Assembly (NCBI GenBank): GCA_965217115.1
Contig: OZ244239.1
Coordinates: 96,001 to 160,000 of the forward strand
Direction: 5' to 3'
Length of the DNA: 64,000 bases
DNA from: Bdellovibrionales bacterium
GTDB taxonomy: Bacteria; Bdellovibrionota; Bdellovibrionia; Bdellovibrionales; CAYMLA01
The notes under the pieces were generated by a model. It had not been told where the DNA came from. It saw nothing but the letters and a program-made list of their open reading frames with translations, and ran no database searches. Below are positions 1 through 8,787 of the stretch, piece by piece. The stretch's first letter is position 1; every line of letters starts with the position of its first letter. Both the position numbers and the translations under genes were made by a program.

Positions 1-884
1 GCCCCCATGCCGATTTTGTTCTAGTCAAAGCGGGAAAATTTAAAATGGGGAGTCCGAAAGATGAATACGGTCGTTATGATGATGAGCTTTTACATGGAGT
101 GATTCTCACGAAAGATTTTGAGATACAGACAACTGAGGTGACGCAGAGGCAATGGTTTCATGTAATGGGTGACAACCCTTCCTATTTTAAACCGTCTGTA
201 GCTAAGAGTTCTCTTGTGGGTATTGATTACAGCGTTAGAATAGATGATGCCTATTGTCCGGAGACTGCTATTATTAAAAGACGTTATACTCTGTGTCCAG
301 AGCACCCAGTGGAGAATGTTTCTTGGCAGGATGTGCAGAGATTTATTAAGAGACTAAACAAATCTAGTCAGGCTTATGTTTACAGATTACCCACAGAAGC
401 GGAGTGGGAATACGCCGCCCGTGAAGAGGGGAGCTCAACGACTCCCTTTAACTTAGGGGATAATATTTCTTCAGATAGGGTGAACTATTATACCCTCAGA
501 AATGCTAACTATGGAAGTTCCGCTAAGGGTCTCTTCTATAGAGAGCAAACAGTTGCTGTGGGTAGTCTTGATAATGCTAATAGTTTAGGAATTTTTGACA
601 TGCATGGAAATGTAAGGGAGCGGGTGCAGGATTTTCATGGAGAGTACCCTAATTCTGGTTTTAGTAGTTCTACTTCTGTTAAGGATCCCAAAGGGCCTTC
701 GAGTGGCTGGCATATTGCGCGTGGCGGTAGCTGGGCCGTGAGGGCTCAGAACGCGCGCTCGGCATATCGTAGCCGGACGTCTCAGTCTGGGTTTTCGTCT
801 GTTGTCGACTCCGATCTGGGCTTCCGCCTTGTGAGGACTGCCAAAAGAAACTCGACGACACCACCCTTTTACAACTTCAGATAA
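1..884 (+). CDS. FGE-sulfatase (formylglycine-generating-enzyme-like, C-type lectin fold) domain protein, paralog 1, 5'-truncated by the window edge
   Basis: Frame is open from position 3 (PHADFVLVKAGKFKMG). Motifs F.MGS, TEVTQ.QW, HPVENVSW, YRLPTEAEWEYAAR, DMHGNV, RGGSW, GFRLVR. Confidence 0.9.
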   Translation, partial: PHADFVLVKAGKFKMGSPKDEYGRYDDELLHGVILTKDFEIQTTEVTQRQWFHVMGDNPSYFKPSVAKSSLVGIDYSVRIDDAYCPETAIIKRRYTLCPEHPVENVSWQDVQRFIKRLNKSSQAYVYRLPTEAEWEYAAREEGSSTTPFNLGDNISSDRVNYYTLRNANYGSSAKGLFYREQTVAVGSLDNANSLGIFDMHGNVRERVQDFHGEYPNSGFSSSTSVKDPKGPSSGWHIARGGSWAVRAQNARSAYRSRTSQSGFSSVVDSDLGFRLVRTAKRNSTTPPFYNFR

Positions 885-948
885 ACTTAAGCTTTTACCC
901 TTTCCCAGAACGACAGTCCCCTTGGAAAAGGGGCGTAGCTGAGTTTCT
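846..948. repeat. Imperfect inverted repeat immediately 3' of the variable region of paralog 1
   Basis: GAAACTCGACGACACCACCCTTTT (~847-870) is complementary to AAAAGGGGCGTAGCTGAGTTTC (~926-947). The right arm recurs at ~2750-2773 and ~4259-4283; the left arm recurs at ~4691-4712. Confidence 0.6.
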
Positions 949-1184
949 AATGTTGAGTTTAAAACCCGTGGATAAGTGTTCACCGGACCTATAAGAGTTC
1001 TCTCTTCGCCTTCAAATCTCCGAGGGCCTTTAGGCTAGTTTGCCTTTATGTTTTCTGCCAGTCTCGGCGACTTTCTTTACTTATCTCTAATAAGCCTTGA
1101 TACTATAATAACTGGTGAGTGTTATAAACCATCGTGTAGAAAATTGAAGTAGAAATTGAAGTCAAAACTTGAAGGAGTTTAAGA
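935..1184 (+). repeat. Duplicated intergenic/promoter block of the tandem unit (copy at ~2760-3008)
   Basis: Near-identical from TTTTCTGCCAGTCTCGGCG to the start codon. Contains TATAAT at 1104-1109, three AA(A/C)TTGAAG(T/G) direct repeats at 1141-1175 and an AAGGAG RBS. Confidence 0.85.
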
Positions 1185-2711
1185 ATGTTAAAGCGATCGT
1201 TTTTCGGGGTGTTTTTTCTAGGGGTGGTTCTCTTATTTGGCTGTAGCACAATTGATAATAGGAAGCTGTCTAAGAAGAATGATAGTCTTCAACCAGTTCG
1301 TGAACTGGCAGGGGGAAAAGCTGCCAGCGTGATTGGGCCTAATGGTCAGGTGATTCTTTTCTACAGGGACGGTGGTAAGATCGTTGTTAAAGAGTGCATG
1401 GAAGAGACTATTTTAAAAGATAGCTCTTATAAGAGAGATTGTCTTCAAGGGGAGGGAGCAAAGACGAGAGAGATTCCAGTGGAGGAGTTTAAAGAAGATT
1501 TGAAAAGGGCTTTACAAATTCCCCACAGTGTCTCTAAGGCTAATTATGACGGGAAAACAAAGGCGAGGATTGAATTGTACAAGAAGGGGATGTCGAAGGA
1601 GATTACCGATCTAAAGCATCAGAAAAATATGATAAGAGAGGCTGTGGGGACAACAACGACGTTTAATGGGCTCTATGGTGCTGGAAATAATTTGAGGAAT
1701 ACAGGGAAACAAGGGGCGCGTAATGCTCGTTTGGCGGAGATTGAAGCCCGCTTAAATACCAAGAACATAGAAAGCGCTATAGCTGAAATAAATGGTTTAA
1801 TAGACACTATTGTCGACGAGGTCATGTCCCAGGGTGAGTTGAGACATTTTGTTTTTTCTGAAAACCAGACAGGTTTTGAATTTAATCTTTTAAGAAGTTA
1901 TTTTCGAACGTCAGATGATTTACAAGCCTATTTTGTTCCGATCAAAGCGGGACTATTTCTAATGGGGAGCCCGAAAGATGAATACGCTCGTTATGATGAT
2001 GAGATTTTACATGGAGTGATTCTCACGAAAGGTTTTGAAATGCAGACAACTGAGGTGACGCAGAGGCAATGGTTTCATGTAATGGGTGACAACCCTTCCT
2101 ATTTTAAACCGTCACAATCTAGAAGGTATTGTCGAGAGACTGCTATTATTAAAGAGACTTATACCATGTGTCCAGATCACCCAGTGGAGAATGTTTCTTG
2201 GCAGGATGTGCAGAGATTTATTAAGAAACTAAACAGATCTAGTCAGGTTTATGTTTACAGATTACCCACAGAAGCGGAGTGGGAATACGCCGCCCGTGAA
2301 GGGGGGAAATCAACCACTCCTTTTAATCTGGGGGAGAATATTTCTACAGATAAGGTGAACTACGATGGTGACGAACCCTATGGAAGAAGTGCCGCTAAGG
2401 GTATCTATAGAGCGCAAACAGTCGCTGTGGGTAGTCTTGATAATGCGAATGCTCTAGGGATTTCTGACATGCATGGAAATGTATGGGAGTGGGTGCAGGA
2501 TTTGCGTGGAGATTACCCTGGATCTGATTCTATTGATCCTAGGAGTTTTATTAGGGATCCAAAAGGGCCTTCAAGTGGCAGGGATGCTATTATACGTGGC
2601 GGTAGCTGGTACACCTATGCTCGGAGTGCGCGGTCGGCGTTTCGTGATACTCTTAGGAGAGCTGGCTCTTCCAACACTGTGGGCTTCCGCCTTGTGAGGA
2701 CTGCCAAATAA
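1185..2711 (+). CDS. Lipoprotein with coiled-coil N-region and C-terminal FGE-sulfatase/CLec domain, paralog 2 (intact)
   Basis: Lipobox LLFG|C at residue 20. Complete FGE motif set, ending RGGSW...ARSAFR...GFRLVRTAK. Confidence 0.9.
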   Translation: MLKRSFFGVFFLGVVLLFGCSTIDNRKLSKKNDSLQPVRELAGGKAASVIGPNGQVILFYRDGGKIVVKECMEETILKDSSYKRDCLQGEGAKTREIPVEEFKEDLKRALQIPHSVSKANYDGKTKARIELYKKGMSKEITDLKHQKNMIREAVGTTTTFNGLYGAGNNLRNTGKQGARNARLAEIEARLNTKNIESAIAEINGLIDTIVDEVMSQGELRHFVFSENQTGFEFNLLRSYFRTSDDLQAYFVPIKAGLFLMGSPKDEYARYDDEILHGVILTKGFEMQTTEVTQRQWFHVMGDNPSYFKPSQSRRYCRETAIIKETYTMCPDHPVENVSWQDVQRFIKKLNRSSQVYVYRLPTEAEWEYAAREGGKSTTPFNLGENISTDKVNYDGDEPYGRSAAKGIYRAQTVAVGSLDNANALGISDMHGNVWEWVQDLRGDYPGSDSIDPRSFIRDPKGPSSGRDAIIRGGSWYTYARSARSAFRDTLRRAGSSNTVGFRLVRTAK

Positions 2712-3008
2712 ATTAAAGAGTCACTTAAGTTTTTACCCTTGCTCCCTTGGAAAAAGGGCGTAGCCGAGTTTCTAATGTTGAATTTAAAACCCGTGGATAA
2801 GTGTTCAGTGGGTAAGTGTTCATTGGAGTTCGCCTTCAAATCTCCGAGGGGCTTTAGTCTAGAATCCCTCTATGTTTTCTGCCAGTCTCGGCGACTTTCT
2901 TTACTTATCTCTAATAAGCCTTGATACTATAATAACTGGTGAGTGTTATAAACCATCGTGTAGAAAATTGAAGTAGAAATTGAAGTCAAAACTTGAAGGA
3001 GTTTAAGG

Positions 3009-4724
3009 ATGTTAAAGCGATCGTTTTTCGGGGTGTTTTTTCTAGGGGTGGCTCTCTTATTTGGCTGTAGCACAATTGATAATAACAGTCGTGAACTGGC
3101 AGGGAAAAAAGCTGCCAGCGTGATTGGGCCTAATGCTCAGGTGCTTCTTTTCTACAGGTACAGTGATAATATCGTTGTTAAAGAGTGCATGGAAGAGACT
3201 ATTTTAAAAGATAGCTCTTATAGGAGCGATTGTCTTCAAGGGGTGGGAGCAAAGACGAGAGAGATTCCAGTGGAGGAGTTTAGAGAAGACTTGAGAAGTG
3301 CCCTACGAATTCCCCACGGTGTCTCTAGTGCTAATTATGACGGAAGAATAAAGAAGAGGATTGCATTGTATAGGAAGGGGATGCCGAAGGACATTGCCGA
3401 TCTAAAGCTTAAGAAAAGCGAGATAGAAGGGCTTGTGAATAAAACAAAGAATTTTAATAAAGCCTATGATTCTAAAAGTAATTTGAAGAATACAAGGAAA
3501 CAAGGGTCGCGTAATGCTCGTTTGACGGAGATTGAAGCCCTCTTAGAAAATACCAAGAACTTAGAAGGCGCTATAGACACTCTTGTCGACGAGATAATAG
3601 CCCAGAGTAAGTTGAGACAATTTGTTTTTTCTAAAACCCAGACAAGTTTTGTATTTAATCTTTTAAGAAGTTATTTTCGAACGTCAGATGATTTACAAGC
3701 CTATTTTGTTCCGGTCAAAGCGGGAAAATTTAAAATGGGGAGTCCGAAATATGAAAAGGGTCATTCGGATAATGAGATTTTACATGGAGTGCATCTCACG
3801 AAAGATTTTGAAATGCAGACAACTGAGGTGACGCAGAGGCAATGGTTTCATGTAATGGGTGCCAACCCTTCCTATTTTAAACCGTCAATAACGCATGAAT
3901 TTAAAAAATATTGTCCAGAGACTGCTATTATTAAAGAGAGTTATACCATGTGTCCAGATCACCCAGTGGAGCGGGTTTCTTGGCAGGATGTGCAGAGATT
4001 TATTAAGAAACTAAACAGATCTAGTCAGTTTTATATTTACAGATTACCCACAGAAGCGGAGTGGGAATACGCCGCCCGTGAAGAGGGGAGTTCAACCACT
4101 CCTTTTAATCTGGGGGAGAGTCTTTCAGATAAGGTGAACTATAATGGTGACTACCCCTATGGAAATGCCGCTAGGGATGTCTATAGAGAGCAAACAGTTG
4201 CTGTGGGCAGTCTTGATAATGCGAATGCTAAGTTTTTACCCTTTGCTACAGTTCCCTTGGAAAAGGGGCGTAGCTGAGTTTCTAGGGATTTCTGACATGC
4301 ATGGAAATGTAGGGGAGTGGGTGCAGGATTGGTATGGAGATTACCCTGAATCTAATCCTGGGAGTTTTATTAAGGATAATATCGTTGTTAAAGCTATTTT
4401 AAAAGATAGCTCTTATAGGGCGATTGTCTTCAAGGGGTGGGAGCAAAGACGAGAGAGATTCCAGTGGAGGAGTTTGGCAAGTCTGAGTATAGTATTATAC
4501 GTGGCGGTAACTTGTACAGCGGTGCTACGAACGCGCGGTCGGCGGCTCGTGCTCTTTCTAAGAAGTTGCCTTTTCGAACGTGTTCCGGTCAAAGCAGGGA
4601 AATTTCTAATGGGGAGCCCGAAAGATCAGGCGTTATTTTGGATAATGAGATTTTCAATGTGGGCTTCCGCCTTGTGAGGACTGCCAAAATAAACTCGGCG
4701 ACACCCTTTTCCAGTAATGAGTAG
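3009..4724 (+). pseudogene. FGE-sulfatase lipoprotein paralog 3, disrupted by inserted fragments of its own locus
   Basis: ORF 3009-4277 stops inside a 55-bp insertion. The remaining FGE segments (LGISDMHGNVGEWVQDWY; IIRGGNLYSGATNARSAAR; FNVGFRLVRTAK) lie in other frames up to 4724. The disruption may be an assembly artefact. Confidence 0.65.
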
Positions 4725-4901
4725 ACTTAAGTTTTCACCCTTCCCCAGAGAACTACGATGTCGCTACCCTTGTGCCGCTATGAGAGCACACAGTTGCTGT
4801 GGGCAGTCTTGATAATGCGAATGCTCTTGGAGGGAAGTAGAAGAGTTCTCTGCCGTATTGTTTTTACTTTGCAAATGAAAATGGAAATGACGCTGTTGCA
4901 C

Positions 4902-4948
4902 AGGTTATTAACCAGTAGGTCATTAACCAGTAGGTTATTGATTAACCA
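4902..4948. repeat. Short ~15-bp tandem repeat, three copies
   Basis: AGGTTATTAACCAGT / AGGTCATTAACCAGT / AGGTTATTGATTAACCA, ending next to the stop codon of the DUF692 gene. Confidence 0.7.
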
Positions 4949-6628
4949 TCATACACTGTTTAAGCAAGATGCTCTCTCCGAGGCCACCTTAATAAGATCC
5001 ATTTGAATACACTGGCTCAGTATGTCTAAGTGGGGTTCTAATTCAGAGACTCTTCGGGGTGTTTGAACTTCCGTTAAGAGGGTGGATATTCCATCACTGA
5101 TAGGAATGATACTTACACTATGGATGTTTTTTATGAGGAGAAAAGATTTCTCCCCATCACTGGGTTGTAGGTCTAAAGATCCTGAATTTGAGTCTACCTG
5201 TGAATCGTGTAAGCTACATTGCCATAGATAATCTATTGGGTGTAAAGATTTTATGATTCTAATGTGTGAAACCCGTTGGAGAGTTGTCTGATTTCCTTGT
5301 TTTTTTAATATGGAAGTGAATACTTTGATTGAAGTGCTTTCATCAAGAGGGCTTAAGAGTAGAATCTTTAGTTCCCATTCAAGACAGGCCAGGTCGGAGA
5401 GGAAAGGGATCGCTTCCTGGGTGTTCATACTTTGTATGTGTTGGGAGAAAAAACTGCCATAATCAGAGAGCTGATAACTCCTATGGGTGTAGTTCTTAAT
5501 GTAGGAATGGGCGAGAGAGATAAAGACTTCTCTACCCAGATTTTTTTGACAGGCGGGAAAAGTATCTTCTAGTACTTGATAGAGATTTGCTTGATAGTTC
5601 TTGCGATAAATATCTAAGCACTCCTTGCCATTAAGTTTCGCTAGGGGAATTATTTTAGACTCTATATGATTATTCTGAGTTTCTATTGTTTGTCTAAATT
5701 CCTTCTGTACGTTCTGTAGAGTGTTCCCCATAGGACTATCGAAAATGTGATTTCCTTGTGTCAGTTGATGAGGTGTCTGGGACTCTATCCTCCTACGAAT
5801 TGAGTTAGCTTGTTGGGTTTGTTCAAGCATAACAGAATAGTCGGGGATATCACTGTCCCATTCTAGGCATGTGGGAATATCCCCTAAAATTCCTAGGGCC
5901 TTCCCGTAGAGTTGCCAAACGGGTTGTGCTACTTTTGTGGAATGGGTGTCTAAGAGGTGATTGCCCATACTGCTATGACCAGCCAGATGAATTTGTCTTA
6001 TCTGCGATGCAGGGAGCTGTTTTAAGAAGGCAGAGGCATCCAGGTTGTGATTGATGCTATTGACGTAGAGATTGTTGAGATCAAGGAGTAGATCGCACTG
6101 TGTCTCCTCTAGGATGGCACAGATAAACTCTGCTTCAGTCATAGTGGATGATTTGTACGAGAGGTAGTGGGAGACATTCTCTATAACTAGAGTTTGCTCA
6201 AAGAAGTCTTGCAGTTTATTGATTCGGCAAGCGATGTGCTTAATGACTTCGTCGGTGTATGGCAGAGGAATAAGATCGTTTAGGTATTTCCCATCCTGAG
6301 AGACCCAGCAAAGATGGTCGGAGACCCACTGTGGAGAGAATTTTTTTTGTAGAGATTTGATTTCTTTTAGATAATTCCAGTTAAGCTCGTCAGAGGAGCC
6401 TATGGACATATTCACGCAATGGAAGGTGAGAGGATAGAGTTCAGAGAGCTGTTCTAGTTTCTGATGTTGAAGGCTCCCCGAGTGGAGGTAATTGTCGGCG
6501 AGAATTTCTAGCCAGGGGAGATCGCCATCTCTTCTCATCAGAGGGGCAAAGTGCTGAGGTCGTGCGCTAAGTCCGACCCCAGTGATGGTAGAAGTATTGA
6601 CGGGCATTCTTTTAGATTTTTTTGCCAC
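4949..6628 (-). CDS. Fused DUF692 multinuclear non-heme iron oxidative enzyme (BufB-like) and DUF2063 partner domain (BufC-like)
   Basis: N-half: GVGL, LEILADNY, HCVNMSIGS, VSDHL, IENVS, LLLDLNNLY, IHLAGH, DTH, LEWD. C-half: LDIYRKNYQANLYQVLEDTFP, LSDYG, LSDLACLEW. Start could be ATG 6607. Confidence 0.88.
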   Translation of the reverse strand: MAKKSKRMPVNTSTITGVGLSARPQHFAPLMRRDGDLPWLEILADNYLHSGSLQHQKLEQLSELYPLTFHCVNMSIGSSDELNWNYLKEIKSLQKKFSPQWVSDHLCWVSQDGKYLNDLIPLPYTDEVIKHIACRINKLQDFFEQTLVIENVSHYLSYKSSTMTEAEFICAILEETQCDLLLDLNNLYVNSINHNLDASAFLKQLPASQIRQIHLAGHSSMGNHLLDTHSTKVAQPVWQLYGKALGILGDIPTCLEWDSDIPDYSVMLEQTQQANSIRRRIESQTPHQLTQGNHIFDSPMGNTLQNVQKEFRQTIETQNNHIESKIIPLAKLNGKECLDIYRKNYQANLYQVLEDTFPACQKNLGREVFISLAHSYIKNYTHRSYQLSDYGSFFSQHIQSMNTQEAIPFLSDLACLEWELKILLLSPLDESTSIKVFTSILKKQGNQTTLQRVSHIRIIKSLHPIDYLWQCSLHDSQVDSNSGSLDLQPSDGEKSFLLIKNIHSVSIIPISDGISTLLTEVQTPRRVSELEPHLDILSQCIQMDLIKVASERASCLNSV

Positions 6629-6944
6629 TTTTTACTGCTGAAGCAGTGTTTTTTTGAATTTTTTTGATGTATGCCTTGATGGCGGGGTTTTTGATAGCTC
6701 TCTGGATTTTGTCACAATCAGCTTTGCTCATTCCAATCCATTCGTTTTTATTAAAATCAGTCTTGGCATGATAGTGACAACCGTGGCCATTGGCGCCACA
6801 ATCGTTAGTCCATTTAGTGGCAATGCCCTTACATTTTATATGACCAGGTTCTAGAGCTGAGGCTTCTTCCCCTATTAATTGCCCGCCAGCAGCAAGAAGT
6901 CCTATGAGCACTGTTGATAGGATTTTTTTATCTTGTTTTTTCAT
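6612..6944 (-). CDS. DUF2282 / BufA1-type bufferin RiPP precursor with Sec signal peptide
   Basis: Signal ending EASA|. Four-Cys pattern KCKGIA...NDC...HGC...W...DCDKI matches the DUF2282 consensus. Directly upstream of the DUF692 gene. Confidence 0.85.
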   Translation of the reverse strand: MKKQDKKILSTVLIGLLAAGGQLIGEEASALEPGHIKCKGIATKWTNDCGANGHGCHYHAKTDFNKNEWIGMSKADCDKIQRAIKNPAIKAYIKKIQKNTASAVKSGKKI

Positions 6945-7181
6945 ATTATGATCTCCCGATTTTCTTAGGTTAAGAGTTAACTTACCCCTTTAGATATTAG
7001 AATAATAGGGAAAAACCTGTGGAAAGTGATAAGACGATGGATTTTTTACAAAAAGAGAGGTCATAAGCCAATAAAGACTTGTTGTGTTAGAGATAGACCT
7101 ATAGAAAAGGCACTGAACGGAGTTTTAGACGGAGTTTCTAGTTGGAAACCCTCTCTAAGCCTCCATAACTGAAGGCGTTGT

Positions 7182-7886
7182 ATGAGTTCTCAACTAGAAG
7201 CTATTGAACAGTTCATTCAATATAAGTTTAAAGATCAAAACTTGCTGCGTAGGGCCCTGACTCATAAGAGTTTTGAGTATGAAGAGAAGCAGGTGTCTAT
7301 TGGTAATAATGAGATTCTTGAATTTCTAGGAGATGCGGTTATTGATTTAGCGATGAGTGACCTGTTGATGGAGTACTTTCCTGACGATAATGAAGGACAG
7401 TTATCCAAACGTCGCGCAAGTTTTGTGAACGAAGAAGCCCTCGCGCAGAGAGCAAAAACCATTGGAATCAATGGTGCCCTGTTCTTAGGAAGAGGAGAGA
7501 GAGCAACAGGTGGTAATGAAAAGCCAAGACTTCTCTGCTCGGCATTAGAGGCTTTATTCGGTGCCGTGTATAAAGATGCTGGTTACGAAGAGACAAAAAA
7601 ATTATTAAGATTTTTCTTCTCTGATTTATTAAATGAGTCCAAAGACTTTATTGAATACGATAGGGATTACAAAACTCGCTATCAAGAATTTATTCAAAGG
7701 GAAGAGAAGAGCACTCCAACCTACACTCTATTAAGAATAGAAGGCCCGCCACATAACCGTGTGTTTCAAGTGGCCGTTTGTGTCGGTCAATCTTCAAGGG
7801 CTGAAGGGATGGGACGGAGTAAAAAACAAGCAGAGCAGGAAGCGGCTCGTTCAGCACTGGAGTTCAGCAATGACAAAACCCTTTAG
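7182..7886 (+). CDS. rnc: Ribonuclease III
   Basis: ALTHKS, NEILEFLGDAV signature, C-terminal dsRBD (DYKTRYQE, GRSKKQAEQEAA). Confidence 0.97.
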   Translation: MSSQLEAIEQFIQYKFKDQNLLRRALTHKSFEYEEKQVSIGNNEILEFLGDAVIDLAMSDLLMEYFPDDNEGQLSKRRASFVNEEALAQRAKTIGINGALFLGRGERATGGNEKPRLLCSALEALFGAVYKDAGYEETKKLLRFFFSDLLNESKDFIEYDRDYKTRYQEFIQREEKSTPTYTLLRIEGPPHNRVFQVAVCVGQSSRAEGMGRSKKQAEQEAARSALEFSNDKTL

Positions 7887-8787
7887 AGCTGGCTTTGTTG
7901 GAGTGGTTGGGTTACCCAACGCAGGTAAAAGCACTTTGGTAAATATTTTGACTCAAGAGAAAGTATCTATTGTGACAGACAAACCACAGACCACACGACG
8001 AAGGGTTCTGGGGATTGTTAACGGCGAGAATTCACAAATAGTTCTGGTAGACTCACCTGGGCTTATTAGATGCAAAGAGAATGATAGAGACATGCTTAAA
8101 TGCTTTATCGAGGAAGAGTCTGAAGATGTTATTAAAGATGTGGATGGAATCTTACTTCTTCTTAATATAGACGAGAAAGAAAAAAGTAATTTAGAGTTGA
8201 TGATTGATTTGGTTGTTAAGAGCGGAAAACCTTGGGCAGCTCTTATTTCTAAAGTAGACATTAAGGCAAAGGCACATAGAGTGATGATGTTGAGAGAGAA
8301 GTTAAGTTCTTATGGAGTTCCTGTATTGAGTGTATCTGGTAAAAAATCTTCTAATAATTTGGTGAGGGATATTCTTATTTTTTGTGAGGAGTTAATTCCA
8401 AAATCTCCTGGGCCTCTCTATGGTGAGGATATTTATACCTTGGATTCCGTGAGAAATATGGTCTCTGAGTTTATTCGCGAGCAGTGTTTTATGCATCTTT
8501 ACGATGAAGTGCCATTTGGCTTAGCAGTAACGGTGATAAAATTTGACGAATCGCGAGAGGATTTAATCAAAGTGCATGCACAGATATTGATTGAGAAAGA
8601 AAATCACCGTCCTATTATTGTTGGAAAAGGCGGGAGTACGATTAAGAAGATAGGGACCTATGCACGCTCAAATATTGAGAAGCTAGTGGGCAAGAAAGTA
8701 TTCCTTGATTTAAAGGTAAAGGTTCATCGTTGGAGTAAAAATAAGAATGTAATGAAGGAGCTGGGGTATGCCGTCACAAAGACTTAG
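7870..8787 (+). CDS. era: GTPase Era
   Basis: GLPNAGKSTL, PQTTR, DSPG, KH domain IVGKGGSTIKKIG. Follows rnc. ATG 7870 preferred over the track start at 7759. Confidence 0.95.
   Translation: MTKPFRAGFVGVVGLPNAGKSTLVNILTQEKVSIVTDKPQTTRRRVLGIVNGENSQIVLVDSPGLIRCKENDRDMLKCFIEEESEDVIKDVDGILLLLNIDEKEKSNLELMIDLVVKSGKPWAALISKVDIKAKAHRVMMLREKLSSYGVPVLSVSGKKSSNNLVRDILIFCEELIPKSPGPLYGEDIYTLDSVRNMVSEFIREQCFMHLYDEVPFGLAVTVIKFDESREDLIKVHAQILIEKENHRPIIVGKGGSTIKKIGTYARSNIEKLVGKKVFLDLKVKVHRWSKNKNVMKELGYAVTKT

Noticed and set aside
967..975. DnaA-box-like CGTGGATAA (also ~2792) as an origin
   Set aside because: One imperfect box per duplicated unit, with no cluster or oriC gene context.
1185..2711. Catalytic formylglycine-generating enzyme
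   Set aside because: The two active-site Cys after RGGS are absent and no sulfatase is nearby; a binding role is more likely.
1..4830. Complete DGR cassette
   Set aside because: No reverse transcriptase, Avd or AAC-rich template repeat is visible; only target-like genes.
4144..5006. ORFs 4144-4677, 4437-4724 and 4758-5006 as independent genes
   Set aside because: They are frameshifted mosaic fragments of paralog 3.
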